Shown: piece after piece, positions 23,770 to 36,836 of the stretch
How the letters are laid out: each line of letters opens with the position of its first letter
Numbering within the stretch: position 1 is the stretch's first letter
From: Pavona decussata
Lineage: Eukaryota
NCBI GenBank assembly: GCA_977016875.1
Contig: CDRNST010000066.1
Location: 1,116,001-1,180,000 of the forward strand
Direction of reading: 5' to 3'
DNA length: 64,000 nucleotides
The notes under the pieces: model-generated
What the model saw: the letters and a program-made list of their open reading frames with translations, nothing else
Told to the model about the DNA's origin: nothing
Database searches by the model: none
Translations under genes and position numbers: made by a program

Positions 23770-26719
23770 GTTTTATCGTTCACCAATGCATTTTTTTTTT
23801 CGAACGAAAATCACTGAAACTGACATTTCAGCTCGTCATCAACCAGTTAAATAAATGGAAGAATAGAATACCGGTTATACGATACAATAAGAGCAAACTA
23901 TTCATTGATTAATTAGAAATTGTATGCGAGGTTTTCTGCGCACCAGTTCTATCCATCCAGGTAGTTTTGGTCGGATGGACTCTCGATTGCCGGATAGTAC
24001 CTCCTCGCGGTACACTCTATTACCTCACGTGATAAATTTAAACCAATGAGACTCTAAGAAAATTTATCGGTGAAGTATAATTGAAGGGTTGACAGCGTAA
24101 CTGTCTTATGTCGAATTTTAGGCCGATTTTTCGTCTTGCTTAAAAGTGCCGGAATGTTTGCATAGAAAATTCAGTTTAATCAACAACATCGCTCTGTTTT
24201 ATTTCTTTCTTATTGTTAATTCTTGTCAATTGCTCATACAAAACTGGAATTAGTAGTGTAACTGCAAAACAAAGAATTCTGAGTGAGTAAAAATAGTTGT
24301 AAAACGAAGAGAAACGTTTAATTCGTTGTCTGTCAGCCAATAGACAGAGAAATGAAGCTAAAATCAAATTGTCGCACATGTCTCCGCGGTGTGAATAGAC
24401 TAAAAACCCGCTAAATTCAACTCTTACGTACTACAGCTGCATTGGAAAGACCCTCAACCTTCGATCCGTTTTAGACAGTGATTATAATAATTCCACAAAA
24501 GCACTGACCATATACCATATTTCAGGACCTGGCAATAATAATTAGTGGATTTTTTTCTAAACAACCTGCTCCTTCGTGTGCATTGAAGCAATTCCTTTGA
24601 ATTCGTTACACGTCGCAAGGTTCTCGCGCCTTTTTCGTTTAGTCATGTGATTGACACCTGTTCGCTGTATCTTCAACGCGTTACCTTTCATCTTTGTCCG
24701 ATTCTTATCTTTTCTACTTCAACTGGAGAATGCTACTTGTAGATCTTCTGTACCTTCAACCCGTTGGGGTAGGTACCGTACATTGCACATTTTTGCTGTA
24801 TTGATGGTTTTACTGCAAGAATTGTTCTACTTGGAGTCTGGCTTGCATATATCAGATGCCGGCGATTAATTCGAACCTTCGGGAATACCTCGGCCACTGA
24901 TGAAGCCGCTAGGCTAGAAACGTGTGAAATTTTTTCGAATATGTTGTCACTGTTCTTTCTATCACTGAATTAACCTTTGCTACCTGTTAAATGGACTGCG
25001 TTGAAGAACTCAGGACCGTTACTGGTCTCAGTTAGTTTCACCAAAGCCCTGGTTTCTTGTTGTTGTTGTTGTTGTTGTTGTTCTTGTTGTATTTTAAATC
25101 ATACTTGTACATAAAAGTGAATAAGCACCATTGGGCGCAAGCTTACACTCTTGAATCACTATTTTCACTACCATTCTGAAAAGGATGTGCAAATAGTCGA
25201 GAAATGCCGACAAAGAGAATAGAATAGAATTCAAAATTGAGACCCTCTTAAATGACGCACTCGACTTCGTACAGTAGAAACCGCTGTGTAAAAAATAAGG
25301 GCTCGCGTGGAAATTTGACGAGTGTTTCTTAGCAGGAAGCACTGAGATTTGCATGTTCTTTGTTAGTTTGGTTTGTGAACATCCCCGGTGGGTTAATTAA
25401 TTTTGGAATTATTTACTCCAGCGCCAGATGGCGTTATTTCACGGTGCTGCATTCGAAATGAATGCGGCTACACCTACTCGGCTAATGCCTTACAAGTTAA
25501 AACATGAAACAATTGGTTTTGTTTTTCGCAGTTTACAAAAACCTATCGCAAAGGAATAATCATGACTGAATGATATCAACAAAAATTTTTGGGGGGAGAT
25601 TTGTAAAACCACAACGCCAAAAATTAGAAAAAGCAATTCTCATTTCAAGTTGTGACTTTTCAAGCTTTTATTTGCTAACTGTGATTACGAAATACTCAAA
25701 ACTCGCCCACAACAGAATAAGCGAGGCCGTTTGCGCCGGACACTGGATGTTGGGTGAAAAGAAGCCATTTTATGACACGGCCGACGCTGAAAATTGCTAC
25801 TGTTCCAATTTGGCTGTGATGCGTGTTTTGATTAATGATTTTGACCCGCTTTGGGCGCGAGATCAAAAAACATCGAATTTAAATCGTGTGTCAGAGCCAT
25901 ACGACGTGAAGAGTTTATGGCTAAAATATTTTATGTAAATATACAAATTGAAAAGCAGGTGCCTCAAAAACAGTATATAATTAATTGATTTTCTCGAAGC
26001 TTGTTGGCTAGTATTTTGGGTTGCCGTAATTTGTTGCCTTCGATAAGACCTCTGATTTCTTGGTTTCAAACAGAGCGAGCTGAGAATTTACCAAATTGTG
26101 TTTTCGAGCCGAACCGGCGACGCGTTCAAGGTATTATTTGGTCATTTCAGGTCAGAGCTGCATAATTTTGACTCCATTCACATTTTGCATTTAAATAATT
26201 CAATTACGTTCAACAGAGATCATCTGCGAAAAAGTATGAAAATTTCGCCTGTGTGGGCATTGTAACAATTCCAGGAGGTGTGGAGTAATATCGGCGTCTC
26301 GTGTTGGTAAAAAACCAATAATGAAAGGCAGAGGAAGAGAGGAATAACACAGTCTAAAGCTAAAAGAATTTAAGCTTTACTGTCTCAAGCCGTGAGTATA
26401 GTCAAAAGTTTGTGTTTAAAGCGGAAAAAGTTCTTAGTTTCGTTATGGAAAAACTTATTTTATTTGTACGTCGTGTTAGAAGAAGCAGTTTTTTCCGTTC
26501 TCGGCGAATTGCAATTTTGTTAATTTCTTTCGAGTTTTCAACCGACCAATCGAATCTTGTTTATGCTCGCGAAAAGTGAAAAGCCCGCTTGCTAATTGAT
26601 CTTCTTTCTTATATTTTCAGCAGTTTCAGAAAAGACTCTTCATTTTCGATTTCGCTAGAACAGATGGACTACTAGCGTTGCAAAGACGCACGACTGTCAA
26701 AGCTTTCGACGCTTCATCA

Positions 26720-29000
26720 ATGGATTTTACTGCCAAAATCGGCGGCTTCTTTCGAAGCATTATTAACCCAGAGGGTGAAACTCAAAACACCGACAAATCA
26801 ACACAGGAAAATAGGTAGGAAATCCTAAATCTAGGGCATGAAATTATATCTTTATTGTCAGCTTATTTTTGTATTCAATTGCGTTCTTTATATCGACTGA
26901 AAAAGTTAGTGGGGTGGGGTTAGAAATTCCGCAGCAAACACTCTATTCATTTCGGTTTCACCTAGAGACAAAATGGATCCACGCCGAAAATCAAGAATAA
27001 GATGGCCAGAAAATCTAAATTAAATAATTACGATGCGAATAAAATTCTAGTGTCTTGCTTGTTTTGGTTTGATCGCGCGCGATCTCGAACTGGCTTCAAA
27101 GCACAGACCCTGCACCTGTTGTCGTAATTGTAAAGTCAAATTCACTGCTTAGAGTATTTTGGCTTTCGGTGAATAGAAAGCCACTATATGATAGAGTTCG
27201 ACAATGGGAAGAAGTTAATACGCTTGAATGGAGCATTCTCAATTGAAAAAAAGGAGAAACAGTAAACGTGATTTACTAGAAAGTAAAACCTCATTCGTAA
27301 TTCACGCGCGCGTGCAATGGCTTATCCGAAACATCATAACATGAGCGAATACAAGGAAGGGAAAACATACATAATTGAGCGAACAAATGTTTTAATTTTG
27401 AAGGTACATGAAAGCATCTTAAATGAGCCGAGAGCCAATGAGGGGAGCGAAATGGTGCTTGCGAATAAATAGCACAGAAGCATTAAAAGTTTAGCCGAGA
27501 CAAAGATATAGCAACATATGTATTTATGTGGATTTATCGTCGTGGGGTCTGTTTTGTTAATGTCGCCTAATTGAGGCTTCGAACATGAATATAGGCTCCG
27601 TTAAATTTTTTATATCTTCTCAGTTGTCATTGTTTCGCTGTTGTCTGCATTTTAGGCCTGTAAGCAGTGACACCAGGCCTGGCGACGAGGAAGGTGAATA
27701 TGATGAAAGAGATGTGGAATTTATAGACGACGAAGATGATGAAAACACAACCGGCTTCCTGCAAAGAAACAGCTCTCTACCCCTTCCCGGTAAATCCAAA
27801 CAAGATACAAACACAGGCGCCTTGGCTTTGCAAGTCCCTAACACAGGAATACAATTCAAGAGGAGATACACCCTCGCTGGCGCAGCCCCAAGTTATGGAC
27901 TAAGCGCGTTAACTAATGGGCGATCGGTGCCCAGCGTTGCTCGCAAGCACAACGTAGAAACTAGCAGCATTGTTTCCGACGACGAGACCGTCCGTGGGAG
28001 CGCGGCGCGAAGAGAATTCGGGGGCTTTCCGACGCGAAGTCGGAGCGAAACGCCGCGAGCGTTTGGTGGTACGTCTTCGAAGAGAGTTTCCAGCTCGAGT
28101 ACTGTGTCGGACTGGACAATGGATTCAAGCGTTCGTGGAGTTGGTAGACTTCATATTGTACTGGACTTCACAATGCATACAGCTAAACTATCGGTAACTG
28201 TTACAAAAATAGAATTTCCACCTTATCATCAAAGAGACACTTCTTTGTTAGAAGTGAGTGTCATGCTGTTGCCAGGAAAACGGCAGAGCTTTCGAACGAG
28301 ACCCCGGGACTTCAACGAACCCATGGCAATGTACCTTTTTCCTAAGGACAAAATCAAAGATATGTCATTGAGATTTCGCTTGTACGAGCAAGGAGCTATG
28401 GGATCTAAGCACTTGTTGGGCGAAGGGAATCTTCGGCTGAGGTCAGTGGATTTAGACTCGGAAATGATACCTGCATCAGTTGATTTGCAACCGCCAGGAT
28501 CGTATGTTCCCGAGGCAGCCTCGGGAGCGATAATGTACGAGGGCGAACTGGCGATTTCCGAAGAGGACCGACCAGAGATCTTACTTTCTTTGGAGTATCG
28601 CCCTCTGACGGGAAAGCTCCTTCTTGAGGTGATCAAGACGAGAAATTTGGGAATGTTGACGGATTCGAAAGCACGTGAAACATACGTTGCTGTGAGAGTT
28701 ATAAGAGACAACGGAGAGCTTATTAGCAAAAGTAAGACCACACCAAGACGGCATATGATAGACCCCGAGTACAACGAGATGTTTTTATTTCATGTTCCTG
28801 AACACGAGCTAAACGCTGTTACCGTTCTACTAACTGTTACAAGTATTTCTTCGAGAACTCTTGCATTGAGAAAACAAAGGGTTGGAAGAGTGTCTTTGGG
28901 ACAGAACTACAGCAGTGAGGAAGAGCTGCGACACTGGTATGAAATGACTCGGCGGAAAGAGAAGGCAACTGTGGCTTGGCACAAAATAAACCAAGTGTAA
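26720..29000 (+). CDS. Synaptotagmin-14/16-like tandem C2 protein, paralogue B. Exons 26720-26814 and 27656-29000 (479 aa); possible alternative start at 27585
   Basis: Exon 1 MDFTAKIGGFFRSIINPEGETQNTDKSTQEN-R ends AG|GTAGGA (phase 2) and joins TTTTAG|G-CCT in frame with ORF 27585-29000. The C2A/C2B domains are clearly paralogous to 17834-19075 (EFPP, MLLP, MSLRFRLY, PE.LLSLEYR.LT.KLL.EVIKTRNLG, NEMF.F, WH). Confidence 0.87.
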
Positions 29001-32000
29001 ACAATCGTAGAACAAAACCAAAACGTTTTATCGAACCGTTTTACAAGAAATAGATTTCCAAAAACATTACACTGTAATGTAAACTGAGATTAATGCCAGC
29101 AAGTTTCGCTTCTAGTGTTTAAAACTTTGTTCGTATTTTCCAAAGTGTGTATCAGTGATTCGTTTTAAAATGGAGTGCCCGCTTCCAGAAGCAGTATTAG
29201 TAGTTAACTATGGCTGAGTATTAGGCACAAGAAAAAATTTGATAATTATTTTTTAACCCTAAATGGGAATGTAGGATGTCCAATGTGTTAATAACTTGGC
29301 GAGTTACTGATTGTGTATGTTTTACAACTGATAAATTAAACTAGACACGAGTTAATTGACTTCTGTTTTTACACATAGATAATGATCTAATTTGTAGAAA
29401 CATTTCTTCGTTTTTTAGAAATTTTTCAGTGAAACGATCACACGATTTTCGTTTATCGAACCCAGAATAGTAAACCACACCTAGATTTCACTGTTATATG
29501 TGAAAAACTTAAACTGTATGATTTACTTCAAGAAATTGAATAAGCACATTCGTATACTCGTTAGAAGGAGAAAAAGATATCTACAAAGTATTTATGACAT
29601 CAAAAACATTTTGAAACGATCAACTTGAAATGTTTCTTTTGGAAGGAGTAAGATGGAGATCTCGAAGAATTGTGATAAAAGGCTAAAACGGAACGCTATT
29701 TAAATTTTAAAAACAAAATGTTTGACTTGTTAAACAATAGGTAAATTTGATGGGGTCTTAAAATATGCATGTCAGTTTTTCAACTTGTGTTAAAAAATAT
29801 ATGGTTACACAATATCATTTCTTTTACAGTGATACGAGTAAATGGAAACAAAGCCGAATTTAGAAATGTTATCTTGATAGAATATTACATTCTCGGACTA
29901 AACACTAAACGAGAATTGATTAATTTGACCGATTTATACAGCAAGCCATTTTAGGTCATTCTAGGCTTTTAAATATTCATTTTTGTAAAGAAATACAAAC
30001 AAGTTGAAAGTTCAGGAATAATTTACAATTCAGATGTACGAGAAATGAAATTATTTTATACTTTTGTTAGCTTATGGGAAAATTTATCGCGCCACACTCA
30101 ACAAATAAACCAAACTTTAGTCTTCCGTTTGCGATTAATTTTTGCAGGGGTTTTGGTCATCATTCACCTGTAGTGTAGACATCTACTCTTTACCAAATCT
30201 GCCCATTTTGCGATGAAATTCATAACGAGAAGTCTTTTGTAATTATATTATTTTACTTCATGCCTACAAGGTTAGCAAACCCAATCAGAGGCTCAAGAAA
30301 GCGGTATTTATGCGATGGTATCTCTCGAATGGTTACCACTGTGTTTTCCCGCCAAATTCTGTTGGGTGCGTCACGGCTGCGAATTATTTTCCGATTGGTA
30401 AAACACAGCATTAGAAAACATTACTATAACGTTGAATACTTTGGTACAAAAAACCTCGGACTTTACATTGTCGGAGACTTATTCGGCACATTTTGGACAC
30501 GTTCTAGCGAACAATTTTGGACCATTGTGTTCTGAACTGATGAACTCCAATGAATCAAATTTGGCAAAAAAAGGTAGGTGGAAAATTATAAACACACTTT
30601 GTCCAACAATACTACAAACACAAGCAGCGCATAATCAAAGCTACTGTAGTGTTATTTAGCTTCTCCGAGTCAAAACTCTTACAGTTGAAGTGATAGCACG
30701 AAAGATGTAGGGCAATTGATGGCATTTATTGTGAGTTGTTGTAAGTGAGATCTTAATGCCACACCTCAAGACAGGGTCTTCCCTTGCTCTGCCTGGAAAG
30801 TCGTTTGAAAATTTTAACCTTGGGATGTTGCTTTTTATCAATGTTCCAACTGTTTGAGCATGAAATGTGCACGCCCAAATGTTTTCGACGTTAAAGTAGT
30901 GTAGATTGCCTACGGAAGTGCTAGCAGAAAAGTTGCCCAAGTATATTGTACAACAACAACAACTTTATTGAATAAATAATAAAATTGCCTGACAAAGACT
31001 TGAGAACCTGCAGGTAGCTATCAAGCTATTCAAGGCTGGATCAAGGAAAGGAAGAAAAAAAAAGAATAAATACAAAAGCATTGATCCTAAGACTCCAAGA
31101 CACACTCTATAGTGTTTAGCATAGCCACAAATCTATATTTACATTTAAATGGAATACGGCGTAGTGGTGATATCTAGTTAATATTTTAACTTCAGAATGC
31201 ATTGTTTAATTTGGGAGACTTTAATTTAATCATCTTTATGTTCTGTGTTCGTTGATTTTTTGCCTTAGAATATGAAGTAGGAAAGATCAAATAACGTACC
31301 ATTTAATGCCATCAAACCAAACTTTGTTGTCATTTTTGTATTTTTTGTAACAGCCGCCTCGTTTATCGAAATATTTCCTCTTCATTTAACGTGGCGAAAC
31401 GGAAAACCGTTTGTTTCTCTTCCGCTGCTCGGAGGTGAACAGTACTTGGCTAATCACCTCCGAGCTAGCTAATCAGCGCCCGCATAAAGCACTTTTCACT
31501 TGTGTGGTAGATACTAAAATATAATAATCATACAAGATCATTTACAACGAAACCTCTCATTGCTGCTCAATGGTTTTCATAGAAGTTCTCAAACGAGAGA
31601 GCACATAGAGCTACTGTATACTGGGCTGTCTGATACCGAATACAGGTGTGATGATTAAAAAGTTTGAGCGTTTTCTGCATTGTATTTGGAATTAACTCAC
31701 TTTTTATATTTTTAATTTTAATTTCCTTTGGGGGATTTGGCCTTGCATTATCGATCGACCGGGCGAGTAGTGAGGTGATCCTGATTGTAGAAAATGTATT
31801 AAAATGTCTCCTCGGGGGTTACCAATACAAGGCCTATAACCAGCCATGTTGCCAGCGCCTTTGGTTCAATGACCGAGTGGTTAAGGCATCTGACACAGGT
31901 TAAAATCCTCGCTGAATCTCAGCTGAAGCACATTTTCACTCGTTTCCTTCGTTGTGTTGTGTTTATTACTGTTCCCAAATTGCTTGTTATATTTCTATGT

Positions 32001-33197
32001 TTTTAATTGATGTACCAATTCAGTTGCCAAGCACCCATTTTTTTTTCCCGTTTTCATGCTAGAGATTGCGGGAAAATCTTGAACAGATCAGTTAATCTTC
32101 GATGTTAGACATAACATTCTTAGGTATATAAATATGACTTTGAATCTGTTATTGTTTGATGAATCAAAATATTTAAGGCAGTTCACTTAAGTAAATTAGA
32201 AACTACTTTTTTACTACAGTGACGGTCAGATTTTACTAACAAAAACCTTTAAGGCTTTCCATAAAATTTCCCCAAGGAGTTTTTCGTTTGTTGAGTGCTA
32301 GTCTTTACTGTGCGACAATTTTTACTCAAAGCTCACTGTTGATCAGTTTCTCCTTAAAAATTTGACTGCTAAACTGCTACAGTGGTAAAGTTTCTTTCCT
32401 TCCCATGAAAACACTACACTGTTTCTACTCCAAACAATATCGTTTTGTCAGTAGACTGCAAAAGAGTGTATTTTTTGCATTGGTTCGATCGTACTAAGAG
32501 CGCGAGCTCTTCGAAAGGAAATGGCCGTGATGCACCACAAGGCTCGAGCGCGAGAATCCACGCCTCGCCCCACGCGAGTTCCCGCTTCCCCCTTCGTAAA
32601 TTTCAAGAGAAAAAAGGTGGTTTTGCAGTTATTTTTCAGCGCAATAATTGTTCGCGTGCATATTATCCTGCTAAGTTAAATTAAGTTAGGATTGACAGAT
32701 GGTATTCTCAAAAAGCTTAGACACTAAGACATAACAATTGTCAATCAGACAATCTTGCACTGATAAAACGTGATGTTTCTGCATGTGCCTTAAGGAAATT
32801 AAAACAACACAACCAGCTCCCCCCATTTTCATTGGATCGAAATTAATCAGGAAAAGCAGTAATTGCTTCTTGTTTTCGGTGAAGCCTCGATAAATTGAAC
32901 CAAGTGCTGTAGCATGAACACATGAAGCTAAACCGAGACATAATTTTGGAGGCACCATGCGGTTCATTTCGATAAATACTTGACCGGAAGGCTTCAATCG
33001 CCTCCGGCCTCAAAATGGATGAAAAATGTCGCTAAGAGAGTGAACTAAGAACAGCTAGATTTTCTGAAAACCAACAGCAGCTGGTAAATTTGGCGGATGG
33101 GGTTCCGTTCCCTAAATTTTTTGCAATTTAAATATATTCAGGTAAAGAATCGAAACAGATCAGACCACATTAGCATACACAATTGCCCCCCTTTTAA

Positions 33198-33553
33198 AGG
33201 GAAGTATCACGCAAATTTGCTCTCATCTCAAAACCCAAAAATGTTTGTCTGTCAGCAGAAACAACGAAATAATTGTCAAGTTTGTTATAAGTTATCACCC
33301 CAGTGCAATAAAACTCTCAATTTGAGTAGGTCGGTATGGATTGAAACTTGAAAAATGTTAGGCTAATGTTTTTTCAAGTTCTCGTATTTTTGTTTCCAAA
33401 ATACGCTAGAACAGATCACGAGTTGTTCCTTTCAAGAATTGAGTTGATTTCTTTAATTTCCTCTCGTCATTCTAGAATTATTAGGCAGCTGACTGAAGGT
33501 CTTATTTCATCATTTTTAACAAAAAATACAAAAAACCCCATGATACTCCCCCT
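33198..33553. mobile_element. TTAA-flanked MITE (Kolobok-type)
   Basis: TTAA (33194-33197) | AGGGAAGTATCACG ... CATGATACTCCCCCT | TTAA (33554-33557). Confidence 0.72.
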
Positions 33554-36500
33554 TTAAGTCCCGGAAAAGATCTTCGGCAGAGAGTAGAAAAGCAGAAAAC
33601 GACATTTTAAGAAGTATTTTACTTAAAAAGCCTTGTTGGGTGATTTATAAATGCGTAAAATACAGTCAAACATTTATTAACCCGACACTTTTCTGTGACT
33701 CACGCGACACGCTGTCATACAACGTTAACCTCGCTCTACGGACACTGGTTATCTGCGCACCGTATTAATTGTCAATATTCAGTCCGTCTGGCTGAAATAA
33801 ATTGAAAATGTCAGTTGAGGGCAAAGTCACGGACTACATGTATTTTGAATGATTACAATGCAAGTTGCGTCTGAAGCACGGAGAGAAGATTAATTTTAAA
33901 TAGTGCGCGATTTTAAATGAGTTTTTCGGTCAGTTTGAACTCATGCTACATTTAAGACATTATTTTTTCTTTGCATTGCTAAAACAAGTGTCCGTGACGT
34001 TTATTGTGAGAACCCTCTCAACTCGCAGACACCCGGATAATACATAAAGTTTTGCGAGTCCTTTTTTGGTGTCCATATCAATTCAGCTGCAGTTAGATAT
34101 TGAGTCTGCACTCTGTTGGACCAGCTCAAAGTAAACTGTACTTCTTGTTGTTTTGTGGGTTATTGAGATGATTTGAGCGGGTGCTTGCCCCTTTTTTTCG
34201 GCGGTTTGACTTACATTCGTTGCCACTGAAGTCTGAACTATTTACATATAAACTGAGCATCGGCTTTTTTTACTTTCATCTTTCACAGCAGGCCCAACAG
34301 TGTAGGGGAAAATGTTCTAAAAAGAGGGGAAGCCCAGCTAAAACCAACGATTTTCAAGGTATTCGTACAAAGGACACGGCAAATGCGGATCTCGTGACGC
34401 TTTGGGTTCGCGCGAAGTGAGTTAGCTTTTAAAGTCTGGATAGCAGCGACAGCACACTTAATTGAACTGCGGAAAAGGAACCACCACGTTTCATGTTTAT
34501 GACAACATATTCACATAATCCCTTTTAAGTGAGAAATGAATGTGTTGCGCAAAGACGTATTGGTTTTCAGTGTGTAATTTTTAAAGAATGTTTTAATATT
34601 TCGTATTCCTGTTAATTTGTGTCTATATTTATAAGTGAGAGGAAGAAAGGAAATGTCTCTTTCGTTTCCTAGCTTTTCTCCACCTGCTTCGTATATAAAT
34701 AATCATTCTAAGTTTCATAGAACTTTTCGCTTTTTCTTAAAAATGATAGCCAAGGAGTATACTTGTTGAATAGAATTGTGATTGTCTGTTGAAGTCCAAC
34801 ATTGCCCGGCTTGAGTCTCGTTCGACCTTATTCGTGTCAACAGAACTCCAAGCTGTTATTAACGAATATTCTAGCTTTCCAGATTGCAGGCGGTCGACGT
34901 TTTGAAAGGAAAAAAAACTCAACCCATTTGCAGAGAAGATTAATGAAAGCCCACTTTATGAAGCTTTACCGCTCTCAAGCTGAATATCTTGTTTACTTTC
35001 ATTCTGTGTCACGCAATTGTTTTCATTTTAAGAGTCTACTTTTAAAGAATTGCCAACCGGCACCGAGAGCACTATTTTTATTTATTATTTATTTATTTAT
35101 TTTTTTATAATTTGTTTTCAATTTCTTCAGGGAATGGGAAACATTATGGATTTTTCTTGAGCCTGAGAAACAATATCAGAGTTATCGTGAAGTATTAATT
35201 TTGTTCCTACAGCGAAATTATCAAGCAGGTGCAAGTAAAACGGTTATACATCAATTTATGAAGTTCCCTTTAAAGACAAATGTATTCATAAAATACACCC
35301 AAGTAGATAATTTGTTATCAAAACCCGACTGTGCGTCTGATAACGCTATGAACAAGAAAGAATTTTCATAGCACTAAATTGACTGTGGCGTGTCTTTAAA
35401 TCAAACGAGACTGTTTTGTCTGCATTCTGAATATATATTAAGTAGAATTGATAGACAAGCACTGCTCTAATTTCAAGGACGAAACAAGATTTTCTGTTTA
35501 CCTGGAATAGCTCGTTTTGAATTTAGGCTTGCTTGGCTCAACATCCGGCAGAAAAAAAAACTTTATGGTTGTTTGGTAATTTTCAAGCAATGAAATGCGA
35601 AACCAAATCACGTTTTTCCCGAGGTTGAAAAGAGCGAGAAGCATTGAAGCTACCGGGTGCTATAAAAAGTAAACTTGCAACTTTCAAAAGCTCTATTTTT
35701 ACTGGATCATAATAACCTGCAGCTCCATTATTTTTTCAGGGCTGGGAACATTGTTGTGTTGTTCGTTCTTATTGTTCTCTCCTCCAACTATGTAAGGCGT
35801 TGCAAACGGTGCAGGTCTCCCAGCTATGACAAAGGTTAATTACAAATTATATTTCCTACGTTGTTGAGTTTAGCCGACAAATTTCGACTCTAATTTTTCA
35901 GGGAATAACTAAATAATGTGTGGGGGATCGATGACTTGTTAAACATCGGAATCAAAGAAATCCGCTGTACAGTCCTAACAAGGGCTCTAGTAAATCAGAA
36001 GTAAAAAGGTTTGAAAGAACAGATATTACTGTGTGTTTACAGTGTGTTTCAGGTATGTAAAGAAATTATTCTTGAGCGGGTTTTCTCAGTCGCAGTTTAT
36101 TTATCCTCCATGAATATCCAGGATATTACGAACTCAACGTACTGCACCAGCATCACAGAGGGCATGGGTTCGAATCCCGTTCAAGGCTGATTTTTTTTTT
36201 TTTTTTCAGGCTTTCTTTTCCTATAATACCTTGAGTCAACCCTTTCCCAATCTTGTCAGATTGCTCGTCTTTGATTGGGTATCTGAACTGTGGGCATTCC
36301 CTAGGGCCCCTGAACCTCGTTCTAAAAATAAATCTACTCGCTAAACGGTTGACTACGAGAGACAGAGGCTAGGGGTCAATGGGCTCCTTATACGCGTGAG
36401 GGATTGTGGGATCATTTGGGCGAGCACGGTACTGTTATAAATCTCAGCGGTATTCTGTTGTCAAGGAAAACTTGCTTTAGCTGAAACAGTTTTAACAAGA

Positions 36501-36836
36501 GCTCCACTATCGGCCGTGAACACACCGAAAAATGTAATGTGCGCCATCATGGCGTCCTTCCGCTTACCCAAACGATCTCATAATCTCACTCGAGTCAGTT
36601 CTTCTGGATTTCTGGAGTAGGGAATATATGGGAGCTTTCCATTTGTCAGGACTGGTCGGCCAGTTCAATCATTTCACTCACGGAATGTACTAATTTGAAT
36701 GACAGTTTACACCATCATTCAACTTCAAAATGGCACGTACTGCTCCCAGAATGTGCCATTTCGAAGAATTCTAAGAATCAGTCCTTCAAATTGGTACACT
36801 CCATTTATGCACCAACCAGTCTGTCTACCGGGCCAG

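Noticed and set aside
24894-24930. Hammerhead ribozyme-like CTGATGA-AGCC-GCTA-GGCT-AGAAAC
   Set aside because: There is an extra base before GAAA and no convincing stem III, cleavage triplet or stem I partner; at most a decayed Penelope-type remnant.
36130-36190. tRNA gene (GGTTCGAATCCC B box); similarly 14900-14970 on the minus strand
   Set aside because: No complete cloverleaf or acceptor stem; consistent with SINE heads.
29001-36600. Possible unannotated gene in the 7.6-kb gap between synaptotagmin B and the nested transposons
   Set aside because: Only short ORFs, repeat fragments (probable LINE tail at ~30950-31090, MITE at 33198) and isolated splice-like motifs; I could not assemble a consistent reading frame. 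Distant 5' UTR exons of the SLC7A14-like gene cannot be excluded.
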